The notes below the pieces were generated by a model that was not told where the DNA came from, made no database searches, and worked only from the letters and a program-made list of their open reading frames with translations. Shown here in pieces: positions 1 through 9,636 of a stretch of DNA of 64,000 nucleotides. How positions within the stretch are numbered: the stretch's first letter is position 1; each line of letters starts with the position of its first letter. The position numbers were made by a program, and so were the translations under genes. Source of the DNA: Candidatus Woesearchaeota archaeon (lineage in GTDB: Archaea > Nanobdellota > Nanobdellia > Woesearchaeales > 0-14-0-80-44-23); NCBI GenBank assembly GCA_038874135.1, contig JAVZCZ010000001.1, forward strand, positions 751,219 to 815,218, written 5' to 3'.

Positions 1-3000
1 TGCTCATACTCTTCTAACTACTTGGAAGTGCAGTGCTCAGATGAGCAAGCCTATGGCAATGCCTCTACATATTTTTACATATTTGAACTTCCATCCGTGA
101 ATACTTACGAACCGAACGATTCTGCAATAATAAACTCTTCCTCATTCCAATTTGAATATGAAATTCTGCCAGAATCGTCAGCATACTTAGTTAAAAACTG
201 CGCCCTTATATTAGATGGAACTTCCTGTAACTCTACTGATTTACCTCACAATGGAACAAACAGCATAAGCTGCCCGTTCAGTGAAGGATCTCACACTTGG
301 AAGGTGCTCTGCACACTCATAGGCTCAGGCCAGGAAACTATTGAAAGTCAAGAAAGAGGATTCTTTGCAGATTATAGTCCTCCAAATATAAACCTAATTA
401 ATCCAAACCAGCCCGCTTACAATTCAGATGTTCCCATTGAATTTAACATTACAGACTCTGCCTCTTCATCATTCAATTGCACAATATCCGGCATTCCAGC
501 ACCATTCAATCTCAGCTCACTTGTTTCCTACTCTTCTAAGCTTAACCTTCCAGTAGGAAAATATAATCTAACGATTTCCTGCTCAGATGCTGCTGGAAAT
601 TCTGCATATACTTGGCAAGAATTTGAACGAATAAATCTTTCAGTTTCAACTGACAAAAAATATTATATTCCTATGGAAAATGTGTTTATAACGCTGAACG
701 CTCCTCCTTCCCAAACAAATATCTCAGTTTCAAAAGGCAATTTCACACTGTCCAAAACAACAACTCCACCATATCCAATAGTCTACATCTTCACATCCTC
801 AAACGAGCCTGGAGATTACCTGGTGCAGGCATTTACAACATATAACAACATAACATTCACTGCCAACACCTCATTCTCAGTCAATATAACTAGAAACCTT
901 ACACTTTCAATATCAGCTAACACCACAACAGCTGAGCCCGGAGTAAGAATCCTATTCTATTCTAATGTTTCAGGAAACCTCACTCCTGTTACATACTTGT
1001 GGGACTTTAATAATGATAACCTTCCCGAAAGCAGCCTTCCAAATACCGAATACTCTTTCTCACAGCCTGGAAGATACCTCGTAACTTTAAAAGTGAACGA
1101 CTCATATTCCTCCGCCTCAGCTTCAATAAATATAACAGTGCTCTCCAGAGCAAATTTGAGCATTACAGTTCTTAACAGGCTTGGAGAACCTCTCGCTGGA
1201 GCAAACATCACGCTAGGCAACACATCTGCCATAACCAACTCCTCTGGAGCAGCAGTCATGCAGAATCTGCTTCAAGGCACATACCCTATAAATGTAACAG
1301 CCACAAATTACAATTCGTATTTCAACACAGTGGACATTTCCTCTAACAAAAACATAACAATATATCTACAAGAGCTCACAGAAGAGCCGGAAATCCTAAT
1401 AACAGAACCAACAGATGGTGCTACAATAACATCCCTTCCAATTACAATAAGGTTCAAAGCAAATTTATCATATCCTACAAACTGCACACTATACAAAAAT
1501 GAACAACAATCCTGGTGGGAACAGCTTTCTCAGATGGCTGTTACAAACAACACTGAAAATACCTTGTCAGTAGCCAATCTCACGGACGGGCAAGTTCTTC
1601 TAAGAATCGTATGCACAGATGTATTCGGAAACAGTGGCACCCAACAGATTTCCCTTAACATCAGCACACTACCAAAAGAGCCGCAATATCCAGAACTAGA
1701 CCAGGCAGAAGAAGAGCTCTACACAAAACAGGAATACTACAACAGCATAGGACCAGCACAGCTTGAAGCAGCTCAACTATTAGGTATACCTGATATGCTC
1801 TCAGATGCTCAGAACCGATTAACACTCGCCAGGAGGGATCTCTCAGACCTCTCATATTCAAAAAAGAGCCCGGAGGAAAAAGAAGCAAGAAAGAGTGAAA
1901 TAATATCTGACGCCGTTTCACGAATCAATGCAATTCCAGATTCAATACAGGTGCTATCTTCTTATGAACAGATACACTATCCAACTCAGCAAGAGCTGGA
2001 AAAGGTGGCAGCTCCCTTCATCTCAGCTAATTCTCTGAAGATAGACCAGCGGACATTCCTAAGAGCAAACTCTCCACTTATTGAGCTAATAACAATAAAT
2101 ACAAAAGCGTTTTCAATAGTGCTAAATTATAACGGGGAGAGCCGAGAAGTGTCTGTAATAAAGCACTCTGTACAGCTCAGCCAACAGCTTAACGAATCAG
2201 CAATCTCAAACCTGATGTTAATACTCAATATTCCAAAACAGATAGCTGACTCAGCAGCAGGAATCACATTTATGGACAGGTATGGACAAAAAGTAGTCAA
2301 AGATGATCCAATCTTTTCACTTCCTGTTACAAGCGAAATAGTTTACCAAATAAACAAGAGCATTGATGCAAATTCTGCTTCTGAGATATCACTCCTCTTA
2401 GTAAGCAAGAGTGCTTCAGTTTCAATACCAGGCATATCGGGACTGGCAGTTTCACAGACAAGGTATTCCATCTGGCCTTTCAATCTCATTGGAGGAAAAA
2501 TTGGCTCCAGTTTAGCTATTCAAATAGTAATACTTGTAGTGCTTCTTACCATATACTTAGTATACACCCTTCAGCCGGAAATAATAAGCAGATCAGCAGA
2601 TGCACTAGGAAATCATATCAAAAATCTCAGACCTCGCTCGGAAAATAGGATGAAGCAAATAGTCCATGCTGAGAAGTCAATTCCCACAACACTACAGAAC
2701 AATTTAGCTAGCATGCCGCAGCAACAAACATACTCACCCATTCAACAACAAGTAGTTCCCATAGGGCCTGGAATGCAGCATTCTTACATTGCTTACAGAA
2801 TGCAACGGGCTCTTCAGTTGGCAGAGCAGAACAACTATGAGGAAGCTTCAGCCGCATATTATGAATTAAAATTCCTTTATAACACGCTCAGCTCTCACGA
2901 AAAATCCCTACTTTATCCGCAATTATTAAACCTGGGACACAAGCTTAACATTTCCTATATCAGACAGTTAGTTTCAGAAGCAAAGTTAAAGGTTAATTCA

Positions 3001-3222
3001 GACTACCAAGAAGCCCTTGAACTTTATGATAAGATCTCCAAGGCATACTCACTGCTCCCTACAGAGTTCAAGTATGCAGTGTTCTCTGAATGTCTTGAGC
3101 TTCTAAACATTCTTGAAAGGGCAAGAAAAAACCAGAACAACTCTGAAAATCAAGCAGTAACCTTCAAAAAGAAAAAAAAGAGGTGCAGGTCAAAATCACA
3201 CGCCAAGGCGAGAAGGGCATAA
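1..3222 (+). CDS. Giant surface protein, 5'-partial, with tandem Ig-like repeats, a single TM helix near aa 830 and a cytoplasmic tail
   Basis: The ORF is open to the window start with no upstream stop in frame. It has repeated ~95-aa units with an NC[ST]L...W.V.C.D..GN Cys-pair motif, many N-x-S/T sequons, and a hydrophobic helix IQIVILVVLLTIYLVYTL followed by a ~230-aa tail. Confidence 0.6.
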   Translation, partial: CSYSSNYLEVQCSDEQAYGNASTYFYIFELPSVNTYEPNDSAIINSSSFQFEYEILPESSAYLVKNCALILDGTSCNSTDLPHNGTNSISCPFSEGSHTWKVLCTLIGSGQETIESQERGFFADYSPPNINLINPNQPAYNSDVPIEFNITDSASSSFNCTISGIPAPFNLSSLVSYSSKLNLPVGKYNLTISCSDAAGNSAYTWQEFERINLSVSTDKKYYIPMENVFITLNAPPSQTNISVSKGNFTLSKTTTPPYPIVYIFTSSNEPGDYLVQAFTTYNNITFTANTSFSVNITRNLTLSISANTTTAEPGVRILFYSNVSGNLTPVTYLWDFNNDNLPESSLPNTEYSFSQPGRYLVTLKVNDSYSSASASINITVLSRANLSITVLNRLGEPLAGANITLGNTSAITNSSGAAVMQNLLQGTYPINVTATNYNSYFNTVDISSNKNITIYLQELTEEPEILITEPTDGATITSLPITIRFKANLSYPTNCTLYKNEQQSWWEQLSQMAVTNNTENTLSVANLTDGQVLLRIVCTDVFGNSGTQQISLNISTLPKEPQYPELDQAEEELYTKQEYYNSIGPAQLEAAQLLGIPDMLSDAQNRLTLARRDLSDLSYSKKSPEEKEARKSEIISDAVSRINAIPDSIQVLSSYEQIHYPTQQELEKVAAPFISANSLKIDQRTFLRANSPLIELITINTKAFSIVLNYNGESREVSVIKHSVQLSQQLNESAISNLMLILNIPKQIADSAAGITFMDRYGQKVVKDDPIFSLPVTSEIVYQINKSIDANSASEISLLLVSKSASVSIPGISGLAVSQTRYSIWPFNLIGGKIGSSLAIQIVILVVLLTIYLVYTLQPEIISRSADALGNHIKNLRPRSENRMKQIVHAEKSIPTTLQNNLASMPQQQTYSPIQQQVVPIGPGMQHSYIAYRMQRALQLAEQNNYEEASAAYYELKFLYNTLSSHEKSLLYPQLLNLGHKLNISYIRQLVSEAKLKVNSDYQEALELYDKISKAYSLLPTEFKYAVFSECLELLNILERARKNQNNSENQAVTFKKKKKRCRSKSHAKARRA

Positions 3223-5564
3223 TTTGTGCTCTGCTTTTAGGAATTGTAACTATAATCTTAGGTAGTTATGCCTGCGCTTTGGAATTTTCACCATCTTCAA
3301 TTAACGAAGTGCTTTCTATTAACAAGTTTGTTCAGAAAAACATAACTTTGAAGAATGAACTCTCCTATCCGGTAAGGATTGCTCTGGTGCCCTCTTCTAA
3401 CATTAGCGATTTATTAGACATCACTCCAAATTCTATTGAAATCGGGGCAAGAGAGTCAAAGAATGTTCTGGTTACAATATACGGAAATGTTGATCCTATA
3501 AAATTTATTAATCGCTCGTATTACATCTTTAATGGCTTCATAAAGCTTGAAGGAGCTAACGCTCAAATACCTACGGACTTGATGGTCACTAATGGAACAA
3601 TAAACCTGCCCAGCAGCATGGTGCTTTCAGCATCGGCAGGTAAGGATTATTTCACTAAATCAGAAAATCTCTCTTTTATAATTGTTGTAACGAATCTTAT
3701 GACAGGCTCAAAACCAAATGTTACTCTTTTCTATTATTTCCTAATTGATAAAAACTCAGAAATTCCCGTTGGGAACGATTCCTTCATAATTACTACTTCA
3801 AAATCAGTTGTAAAGGAATTCATACCAATGTCTTCAATACCTGATGGCACCTATACTTTCAGGGTTGTAATGTCTTATGCAGATAAGAAGAGTGTTGCTG
3901 ATGTGCCCTTCAGGATATCAACCCCATTTATATTCAGAACATTCTTAGGTATAGCTGTATGGCAGTATATACTCGGAGTGATTGCCTTAATAATAATTGG
4001 CTTGTTAGTATACTGGCGAAGGAAGCGTGTTTTGGCTTCTCGTCGTTATGGTGTGAGTGTGGATTTGCGTAGTTTTCCTTCTTCTGGTAGGCTTGTGCGT
4101 TTGGGTAAGTTGGCGGAGTATGGGCGTGATTTTTGGTTTGATTTGGATGGTTTGACTACGCATTGTATTGTGGCTGGTGCTACTGGTGGTGGTAAGACTG
4201 TTGCTGCTCAGGTTTTGGTGGAGGAGGCTTTGAAGGCTGGTGTGGCTGTGGTTGTTTTTGATCCTACGGCTCAGTGGAGTGGTTTTTTGAGGCCTTGTTC
4301 TGATAAGGGTATGTTGTCTTTGTATTCGGGTTTTGGGTTGCGTCGTTCTGATGCTCGGGGTTTTCCGGGTAATGTGAGGCAGGTGTTGGATGCTCGTGAG
4401 GTTTTTGATGTTAGGCGTTTTATGCGTCCTGGTGAGATTGAGATTTTGAGTTTGAATAGGTTGAGGCCTGAGGAGATTGATGTTTTTGTGGCTAATACTG
4501 TTAGGAGCGTGTTTGATGCGGGTTTGGATGAGTGTCGTGAGTTGAGGTTGTTGTTGGTTTATGATGAGGTGCATAGGTTGTTGCCGCGTTTTGGCGGTTC
4601 TGGTGAGGGTTTTGTGCAGATTGAGAGGGCTTGTCGTGAGTTTAGGAAGTGGGGTGTTGGTGTTGTTTTGATTAGTCAGGTTTTGTCTGATTTTGTTGGT
4701 GAGATTAAGGCTAATATTAATACTGAGGTTCAGATGAGGACTCGTGATGAGGGCGATTTGGAGCGTATTCGTGTTAAGTATGGTGATGCTTATCTTAGGG
4801 GTCTTGTGAGGGCTAGTGTGGGTACTGGTATGTTTGAGAATCCCGGTTATAATGGTGGTCGTCCTTTTTTTGTTAGTTTTAGGCCTTTGTTGCATAGTGT
4901 GGTTCGTTTGTCTGATGCCGAGTTGGGTGAGTATAATAGGTTGAATGGGGTGTTGGATGATTTGGAGTTTTGGATTGGCGAGTTGGAGCGTTTGGGTGTG
5001 GACGTGTTTGATTTGAGGTTGGAGTTGAAGTTGGCTTGGGATAAGTTGAGGGTTGGGGGGTTTGGGATGGTGGATGTTTATGTTGAGGGTTTGAGGCCTC
5101 GCGTGTTGGGCGAGTTTGAGCGTTTGGGGAGGCCTGTTCCTAAGCGTGAGGTTAAACGCCTTTCAGATGAGGAGCTTGCAAAGCAGAGGAAGCTGGCTGA
5201 GCAGAGCCGTGCAGAGTTTATAAAAAAGATGGGCATTAAAGAGCAGCAGTCCAAGCAGGAGGAAAAGAAGGAAGAACACATCGTGCAGCCTTACACTTTT
5301 GATAATGGTGCAATGGTTTCGGAGCTTAAGGAGTTGAAAGACGCTATAGAACCTATGAGTGCTGACATCCTCAGAAGCGCGTTGAGTGGAAACAATAAGC
5401 TTTCTGATTGGATAAAGAATGAGCTTAAGAATGAGCAGCTTGCCTCTGAAATTGAGAAGGCGAAGACGAAAAAGGAGATTCTTGATGCAATAACTGCTGA
5501 ACTTGATAAAGCAGAAAAGAGCAGTGAGAAATCTGGAACTGATAAAGGCCAAAAGTCTAAGTAG
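3183..5564 (+). CDS. Membrane protein with TM, ~240-aa ectodomain, TM and a cytoplasmic FtsK/HerA/T4CP-like P-loop ATPase
   Basis: N-terminal TM helix, Ig-like ectodomain, second TM ending ...LVYWRRKR. Walker A is GATGGGKT, Walker B is LLLVYDEVH, followed by a K/E-rich tail. The ATPase part is identical to that of the 6094 gene. Confidence 0.7.
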   Translation: MQVKITRQGEKGIICALLLGIVTIILGSYACALEFSPSSINEVLSINKFVQKNITLKNELSYPVRIALVPSSNISDLLDITPNSIEIGARESKNVLVTIYGNVDPIKFINRSYYIFNGFIKLEGANAQIPTDLMVTNGTINLPSSMVLSASAGKDYFTKSENLSFIIVVTNLMTGSKPNVTLFYYFLIDKNSEIPVGNDSFIITTSKSVVKEFIPMSSIPDGTYTFRVVMSYADKKSVADVPFRISTPFIFRTFLGIAVWQYILGVIALIIIGLLVYWRRKRVLASRRYGVSVDLRSFPSSGRLVRLGKLAEYGRDFWFDLDGLTTHCIVAGATGGGKTVAAQVLVEEALKAGVAVVVFDPTAQWSGFLRPCSDKGMLSLYSGFGLRRSDARGFPGNVRQVLDAREVFDVRRFMRPGEIEILSLNRLRPEEIDVFVANTVRSVFDAGLDECRELRLLLVYDEVHRLLPRFGGSGEGFVQIERACREFRKWGVGVVLISQVLSDFVGEIKANINTEVQMRTRDEGDLERIRVKYGDAYLRGLVRASVGTGMFENPGYNGGRPFFVSFRPLLHSVVRLSDAELGEYNRLNGVLDDLEFWIGELERLGVDVFDLRLELKLAWDKLRVGGFGMVDVYVEGLRPRVLGEFERLGRPVPKREVKRLSDEELAKQRKLAEQSRAEFIKKMGIKEQQSKQEEKKEEHIVQPYTFDNGAMVSELKELKDAIEPMSADILRSALSGNNKLSDWIKNELKNEQLASEIEKAKTKKEILDAITAELDKAEKSSEKSGTDKGQKSK
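4021..5176. repeat. Copy 1 of an exact 1,156-bp GT-rich cassette encoding the ATPase domain
   Basis: Nucleotide-identical to 8201-9356 at a consistent offset of 4180. Composition is roughly T 40 / G 36 / A 12 / C 12, unlike the flanks. Confidence 0.9.
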
Positions 5565-5612
5565 ATTTCTTATACCTTAACCAACAATGTGGTATTTATA
5601 AACTTAGATTAC

Positions 5613-5708
5613 TTAGTATGCATTTATACACATACACTATTTGTGTCACATTTAAAAATTAGTATATAAAATGAAAATATTTATATATCAATATACATAT
5701 TTAGTATG
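5613..5708 (+). promoter_or_regulatory. Three direct repeats TTAGTAT(G/A) in the AT-rich promoter upstream of the RHH-ATPase-adhesin operon
   Basis: Copies at 5613-5620, 5659-5668 and 5701-5708, spaced 46 and 42 bp apart. The last is 33 bp upstream of the first RHH ATG. Confidence 0.35.
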
Positions 5709-5740
5709 AGTTTGTATTCAAAGACCTTGAAAAGGCTTTT

Positions 5741-5941
5741 TTGGGACCCGAAATGCGCAGTACGCCTGAGAAGCATGGCTCAAAGAGAATAACCATAACC
5801 ATAAGCAAGGACCTTTTAGACTTCTTAGATTTAGCTGTGGAGAACAGGCTGTTCGCAAGCAGAAGTCATGCACTTGAAGTCTTAGTAAGGCGCAGGATGG
5901 AGTTTGAGAATGAAGCAAAGAATTACAATTACATTGGATAG
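5741..5941 (+). CDS. Ribbon-helix-helix (CopG/Arc/MetJ-like) DNA-binding protein
   Basis: 66 aa with a KRITITISKDLLDFLD...NRLFASRSHALEVLV pattern typical of the RHH beta-strand plus two helices. It sits directly upstream of the ATPase operon. Confidence 0.55.
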   Translation: MGPEMRSTPEKHGSKRITITISKDLLDFLDLAVENRLFASRSHALEVLVRRRMEFENEAKNYNYIG

Positions 5942-6101
5942 TGAATGCCTGGCATGGGTTGATGAAAAGGTAAAGAATAGAAGCTTTGCTAATCGGAGCC
6001 ACGGCTTTGAATTTTTAATAGCGCGATTCAAGGAGCGCCAAGAACTTCAGAATCTTCTCAACTCGCGAAATTCAAAGGAGGAAGACTTAAAACATGAATA
6101 A
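5904..6101 (+). CDS. Ribbon-helix-helix DNA-binding protein, paralogue of the 5741 gene
   Basis: 65 aa with QRITITLDSECLAWVD...NRSFANRSHGFEFLIARF. It overlaps both the upstream RHH gene and the downstream ATPase gene start. Confidence 0.55.
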   Translation: MRMKQRITITLDSECLAWVDEKVKNRSFANRSHGFEFLIARFKERQELQNLLNSRNSKEEDLKHE

Positions 6102-9100
6102 AAATCCTACCTTCAGGATACTGGAACGGGACAGGCAGCTGGAAAGGAGAAGACAGCAGCTGTACATCCTATTAGGCATCTTAGGAGTTTTACTAGCAGT
6201 TGGTGTTATACTTCTGATAAGAATGTTCATAGGATACGCAGTTCTGGAAAGCAGGGCTGGCACAATAACACAACTTAATATACAGCTCAGATACTCAACA
6301 CACATATGGGCTGGATTTTACGGATTGGCATTCCGCGTTCCCGGATACACTGAGCAGCAGTCTGCAGTTGCAGTCGGCGGCACAGTCTTCTTGCAGCACT
6401 TAGTATTTGACTGCTTAAAAACTACAGACGGCAACATTCCTGAGGTATATGCCAGTACTTCAAGAAACATTGACTGGAATTCACTCCAGCCAGCAACTCC
6501 AGACTTGATTGACAGCTACCTACAAGTAGATCCTTCAGATATAACCTCTGCTTCAAACACATTTACAGAAACAATGTCAATACTCTTAGGAGACAGAGAA
6601 ATCACAAATATTGCTGCAACGCACACCAAAAAGTTCGGAGTTCCGGACAGCACGGACTTTGATATAGGCTTCTTAAAAGATTCGTTGGGAAATCTCGTAT
6701 TTGTAACCCATGTAACTCCAACTTATACCAAAGGATTTAACAACCAAACTATAAACTACCAAATGCTCCTTCCAGTACAAGCAGGAACAGCTCCAGTATA
6801 CTACTTCTTCTCAGACCCATATGACGAGTGCCAAGCAGGGCTTGAAGCTCTCAAAAATGCTACCATATTCGGAAGAGCCATAGACAATGCAACAGGCCTT
6901 CCACTTGAAAATGTTACAGTTAATCTTCATACTGCTACAGTTCTTACCAACTCTACAGGAGACTATTACATAGCAATATTTAACGGCACCTACACCCTAG
7001 TAGCTTTCAAGCCGGGATATTACACCTTTGTTGCAACAAACATCACTCTCCCAGCTGACAATCTGTCTACACCTCAATCTGAAAATATTGTCGAATTTAA
7101 TATATCCCTCATTCCCAACCCTGGAAACCCAACTGGACTCGGAAACCTAACTGGCACTGTAACTGATAAAGACTTCGGAATACCCCTCTATAATGTAACA
7201 GTGTATGTAAACGGCAGAATCGCTAAGACAAACATTACAGGCCAATACCTACTTGAACTGCCAGCAGGAAATCATTCTCTTATAGCAATGAAGGAAAACT
7301 ACAGAACATACTACACTCCAAATGTAACTATACTGCCTGGAAACACCACTGAATTTAATTTCAGTATGGAATATGCAGAGCCAGAAATAAAAGAAACTCC
7401 TGGATATCCGCTAAATACCTTCGTTTCCAACCTACTCAAACAGGCAGTGCAGAGGCCTCAAATAATACTCACTCATAAGATTGATACAAAAGAGATATTT
7501 GAAACATTAAAAGTTGGCTCATATGTCCAGCGCTCATTCAATATAACGAGTTACAGGCCTGCCGAGTCCAAAGTTGAGTTTGAAGTCATAGGAAGTGCTG
7601 CACAGCTGGTAAAGGTTGACAAGAGCAGCTCAATAATACCTCCAAGGGGTGCAGAAAACTTCACCCTTACAATTCTAGCCAATGTGCCTCCAGGCATATA
7701 TACCGGAACATTCCTAATCAAAGGAGACCTTGAAGACAGAATCCCGATAAAGATAGTTGTTTATGAGAAGGATAGACTTCCAATAGAGGCTCTTCTCCTA
7801 GAAGTAGTGCCAATAAAAAAGATAATCAGCCCAGGAGAACTATTTGAATATAAGGTCAGCATGACAAACCTGCTGAGGGACACCCCATACAACATCACCC
7901 TTTCATACAATATCACCTCGCGCTCTTCAAATCTTACTATTCCCGTTGAAGAAGAGACGAGACTCTTGGAAACTCAGCTTTCCTACCTTAAGTATTACAA
8001 GCTTCCCAAAGACCTGCCAGAAGGAGAATACTTCCTTGAAACTAGAGCGGAATTCTTAGAACTATCAACAAACACAAAATCGCTATTCATAGTTAAGAAG
8101 CCAATTTACATGTATGCATTATTCGGAATACTTCCCCTCTGGCAGCTTTTCATAATAATAGTTTTCACCTCCCTCATGACCTTCGCAGGATTAATGTATC
8201 GGAAGCGTGTTTTGGCTTCTCGTCGTTATGGTGTGAGTGTGGATTTGCGTAGTTTTCCTTCTTCTGGTAGGCTTGTGCGTTTGGGTAAGTTGGCGGAGTA
8301 TGGGCGTGATTTTTGGTTTGATTTGGATGGTTTGACTACGCATTGTATTGTGGCTGGTGCTACTGGTGGTGGTAAGACTGTTGCTGCTCAGGTTTTGGTG
8401 GAGGAGGCTTTGAAGGCTGGTGTGGCTGTGGTTGTTTTTGATCCTACGGCTCAGTGGAGTGGTTTTTTGAGGCCTTGTTCTGATAAGGGTATGTTGTCTT
8501 TGTATTCGGGTTTTGGGTTGCGTCGTTCTGATGCTCGGGGTTTTCCGGGTAATGTGAGGCAGGTGTTGGATGCTCGTGAGGTTTTTGATGTTAGGCGTTT
8601 TATGCGTCCTGGTGAGATTGAGATTTTGAGTTTGAATAGGTTGAGGCCTGAGGAGATTGATGTTTTTGTGGCTAATACTGTTAGGAGCGTGTTTGATGCG
8701 GGTTTGGATGAGTGTCGTGAGTTGAGGTTGTTGTTGGTTTATGATGAGGTGCATAGGTTGTTGCCGCGTTTTGGCGGTTCTGGTGAGGGTTTTGTGCAGA
8801 TTGAGAGGGCTTGTCGTGAGTTTAGGAAGTGGGGTGTTGGTGTTGTTTTGATTAGTCAGGTTTTGTCTGATTTTGTTGGTGAGATTAAGGCTAATATTAA
8901 TACTGAGGTTCAGATGAGGACTCGTGATGAGGGCGATTTGGAGCGTATTCGTGTTAAGTATGGTGATGCTTATCTTAGGGGTCTTGTGAGGGCTAGTGTG
9001 GGTACTGGTATGTTTGAGAATCCCGGTTATAATGGTGGTCGTCCTTTTTTTGTTAGTTTTAGGCCTTTGTTGCATAGTGTGGTTCGTTTGTCTGATGCCG

Positions 9101-9636
9101 AGTTGGGTGAGTATAATAGGTTGAATGGGGTGTTGGATGATTTGGAGTTTTGGATTGGCGAGTTGGAGCGTTTGGGTGTGGACGTGTTTGATTTGAGGTT
9201 GGAGTTGAAGTTGGCTTGGGATAAGTTGAGGGTTGGGGGGTTTGGGATGGTGGATGTTTATGTTGAGGGTTTGAGGCCTCGCGTGTTGGGCGAGTTTGAG
9301 CGTTTGGGGAGGCCTGTTCCTAAGCGTGAGGTTAAACGCCTTTCAGATGAGGAGCTGCAGAAGGAAAAGGAGATTGCTATGCAGGAACATGAGAAAGCAA
9401 AACAGCAGGAAGCAGGACAAACTTCACAAAATTCAGATTCCAAGACAGAAACTTCCCAAATTCAAAACACAAAAGTTGAAGAGCAGCCCAGCCAAAATGA
9501 AAAGGCCGAGAACCAAGAGAATGCAAAATCCTCAAATGAAAATAAAATTAAAAGAGTAAGGGAGGGTAAAAAGCAGAGGATGAGGAAATCAGCAAGTTCG
9601 GAAAAAAATAATAAAAAAAGAGGTGCTAAAAAATGA
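6094..9636 (+). CDS. Membrane protein with TM, ~640-aa ectodomain (CarboxypepD_reg-like / Ig-like domains), TM and a cytoplasmic FtsK/HerA/T4CP-like ATPase
   Basis: N-terminal TM helix LYILLGILGVLLAVGVILLI. Two domains resemble TGLPLENVTV...GDYYIA...KPGYY. Second TM, then an ATPase identical to aa 279-664 of the 3183 gene. Confidence 0.7.
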   Translation: MNKNPTFRILERDRQLERRRQQLYILLGILGVLLAVGVILLIRMFIGYAVLESRAGTITQLNIQLRYSTHIWAGFYGLAFRVPGYTEQQSAVAVGGTVFLQHLVFDCLKTTDGNIPEVYASTSRNIDWNSLQPATPDLIDSYLQVDPSDITSASNTFTETMSILLGDREITNIAATHTKKFGVPDSTDFDIGFLKDSLGNLVFVTHVTPTYTKGFNNQTINYQMLLPVQAGTAPVYYFFSDPYDECQAGLEALKNATIFGRAIDNATGLPLENVTVNLHTATVLTNSTGDYYIAIFNGTYTLVAFKPGYYTFVATNITLPADNLSTPQSENIVEFNISLIPNPGNPTGLGNLTGTVTDKDFGIPLYNVTVYVNGRIAKTNITGQYLLELPAGNHSLIAMKENYRTYYTPNVTILPGNTTEFNFSMEYAEPEIKETPGYPLNTFVSNLLKQAVQRPQIILTHKIDTKEIFETLKVGSYVQRSFNITSYRPAESKVEFEVIGSAAQLVKVDKSSSIIPPRGAENFTLTILANVPPGIYTGTFLIKGDLEDRIPIKIVVYEKDRLPIEALLLEVVPIKKIISPGELFEYKVSMTNLLRDTPYNITLSYNITSRSSNLTIPVEEETRLLETQLSYLKYYKLPKDLPEGEYFLETRAEFLELSTNTKSLFIVKKPIYMYALFGILPLWQLFIIIVFTSLMTFAGLMYRKRVLASRRYGVSVDLRSFPSSGRLVRLGKLAEYGRDFWFDLDGLTTHCIVAGATGGGKTVAAQVLVEEALKAGVAVVVFDPTAQWSGFLRPCSDKGMLSLYSGFGLRRSDARGFPGNVRQVLDAREVFDVRRFMRPGEIEILSLNRLRPEEIDVFVANTVRSVFDAGLDECRELRLLLVYDEVHRLLPRFGGSGEGFVQIERACREFRKWGVGVVLISQVLSDFVGEIKANINTEVQMRTRDEGDLERIRVKYGDAYLRGLVRASVGTGMFENPGYNGGRPFFVSFRPLLHSVVRLSDAELGEYNRLNGVLDDLEFWIGELERLGVDVFDLRLELKLAWDKLRVGGFGMVDVYVEGLRPRVLGEFERLGRPVPKREVKRLSDEELQKEKEIAMQEHEKAKQQEAGQTSQNSDSKTETSQIQNTKVEEQPSQNEKAENQENAKSSNENKIKRVREGKKQRMRKSASSEKNNKKRGAKK
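8201..9356. repeat. Copy 2 of the exact 1,156-bp GT-rich ATPase cassette
   Basis: Identical to 4021-5176. The antisense ORFs 4005-4895 and 8191-9075 are also identical. Confidence 0.9.

Noticed and set aside
4005-4895. 296-aa minus-strand ORF, Thr/Pro/Lys/His-rich, with an identical twin at 8191-9075
   Set aside because: This is antisense to the conserved ATPase domain. It exists only because the GT-rich sense strand leaves the complement free of stop codons. The protein is low-complexity with no plausible fold.
9296-9559. 87-aa K/R-rich plus-strand ORF
   Set aside because: An alternative frame inside the low-complexity C-terminal tail of the 6094-9636 gene. It is a product of the A-rich repeats.
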